NCBI GenBank assembly: GCA_977017575.1
Contig: CDRNVI010000014.1
Span: forward strand, 1 to 64,000
Origin: Paramoeba atlantica
Taxonomy: Eukaryota; Protista; Discosea
Reading direction: 5' to 3'
Length of the DNA: 64,000 nt
Shown: in pieces, positions 63,283 through 64,000 of the stretch
How positions within the stretch are numbered: position 1 is the stretch's first letter
Layout: each line of letters starts with the position of its first letter
Notes under the pieces: generated by a model
Database searches by the model: none
What the model was told of the DNA's origin: nothing
Seen by the model: only the letters and a program-made list of their open reading frames with translations
Translations under genes and position numbers: made by a program

Positions 63283-64000
63283 TACTGAACTGTTCGTTGA
63301 TTTTTCATACGCTAATAATGAAGAATAATGCCACACAATGTCCTTAGCCGCTTAAAATGAGTGGATTACATGGGGATCTGAATTCGCCAGAGAATATAGT
63401 AAAATATAGATTTTTTCATTGAATATAGTTACTATATAGTACTATGTTTACTATATTTTACTATAAAACTATAAGAAAACTATAAAGTTTTTTTCACTTT
63501 ACAAGTGATATTTTTTGAGTCCTCTCCGCTTGTGAAGGACATACACACGCCTCTACATGCGGTCTTACACGCTTACATACGTATGATATGACAAGAAATT
63601 CTGAAAAAAATGTAACCCAAGCTAAAGTGGACGAGGGAGATACTAAAAGCACCTTTGGCAAACCACCATAAAAATGGAAGGGTATGTAGAGAGAAAGATT
63701 CTTAAAGATTCTTAATTTCCTTAAAGATTCTTTTGGCACGTTGGAATCCTTTACAAACCGGGAGATATCATTCCATTTTTGTGGTGGTTTAAAGGTGCTT
63801 TTAGAACCTCCCTCGTCCACTTTATCCTGGGTTACATACAGTGGTTTCAGTTGATCTTGCCCCCCCCTCGGAATTTTGATTTTTTTTATCCTTTTTTGCT
63901 GATCTTTGCAGCATTGCAGAGATCTCGTTCCCCTAACGAAGAGCTTTGACGCCTTTTTTTCATAGAGACCCCCTGGTGACCCCTGGGTCCAAAAAACACT

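Overview
This window joins two unrelated genomes. Bases 1 to ~5790 are a gene-dense, AT-rich gammaproteobacterial segment: the 3' end of fmt, rsmB, a small membrane protein, a carboxylesterase, lptM/yifL, lysA and recG. lysA has an in-frame TAG. recG is frameshifted and cut off mid-helicase at ~5790. From ~5791 to 64000 the sequence is eukaryotic and looks kinetoplastid/euglenozoan (inference): genes are intron-less, every recognisable host gene is on the minus strand, and polypyrimidine tracts precede several starts. Host genes are a SET-domain protein, a 1697-aa DEAH helicase, a claudin/amastin-like tetraspan with an OCRE-like tail, SF3B3, a PTC7-type PP2C, two tandem HMG-box proteins with mitochondrial-like presequences, and nine members of a 23-aa-repeat LRR family, most with a shared leader motif. 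Intergenic space holds many mobile elements: VIPER/TATE-like tyrosine-recombinase retroelements, a near-intact hAT with a 6-bp TSD, Tc1/IS630 relics, a Mutator-like element with a 9-bp TSD, MITEs, a Helentron/DINE-like hairpin repeat family, tRNA-like relics and a 46-bp minisatellite. Several frameshifts sit in homopolymers and are probably sequencing errors. All assignments come from motif recognition by eye; no database search was run.
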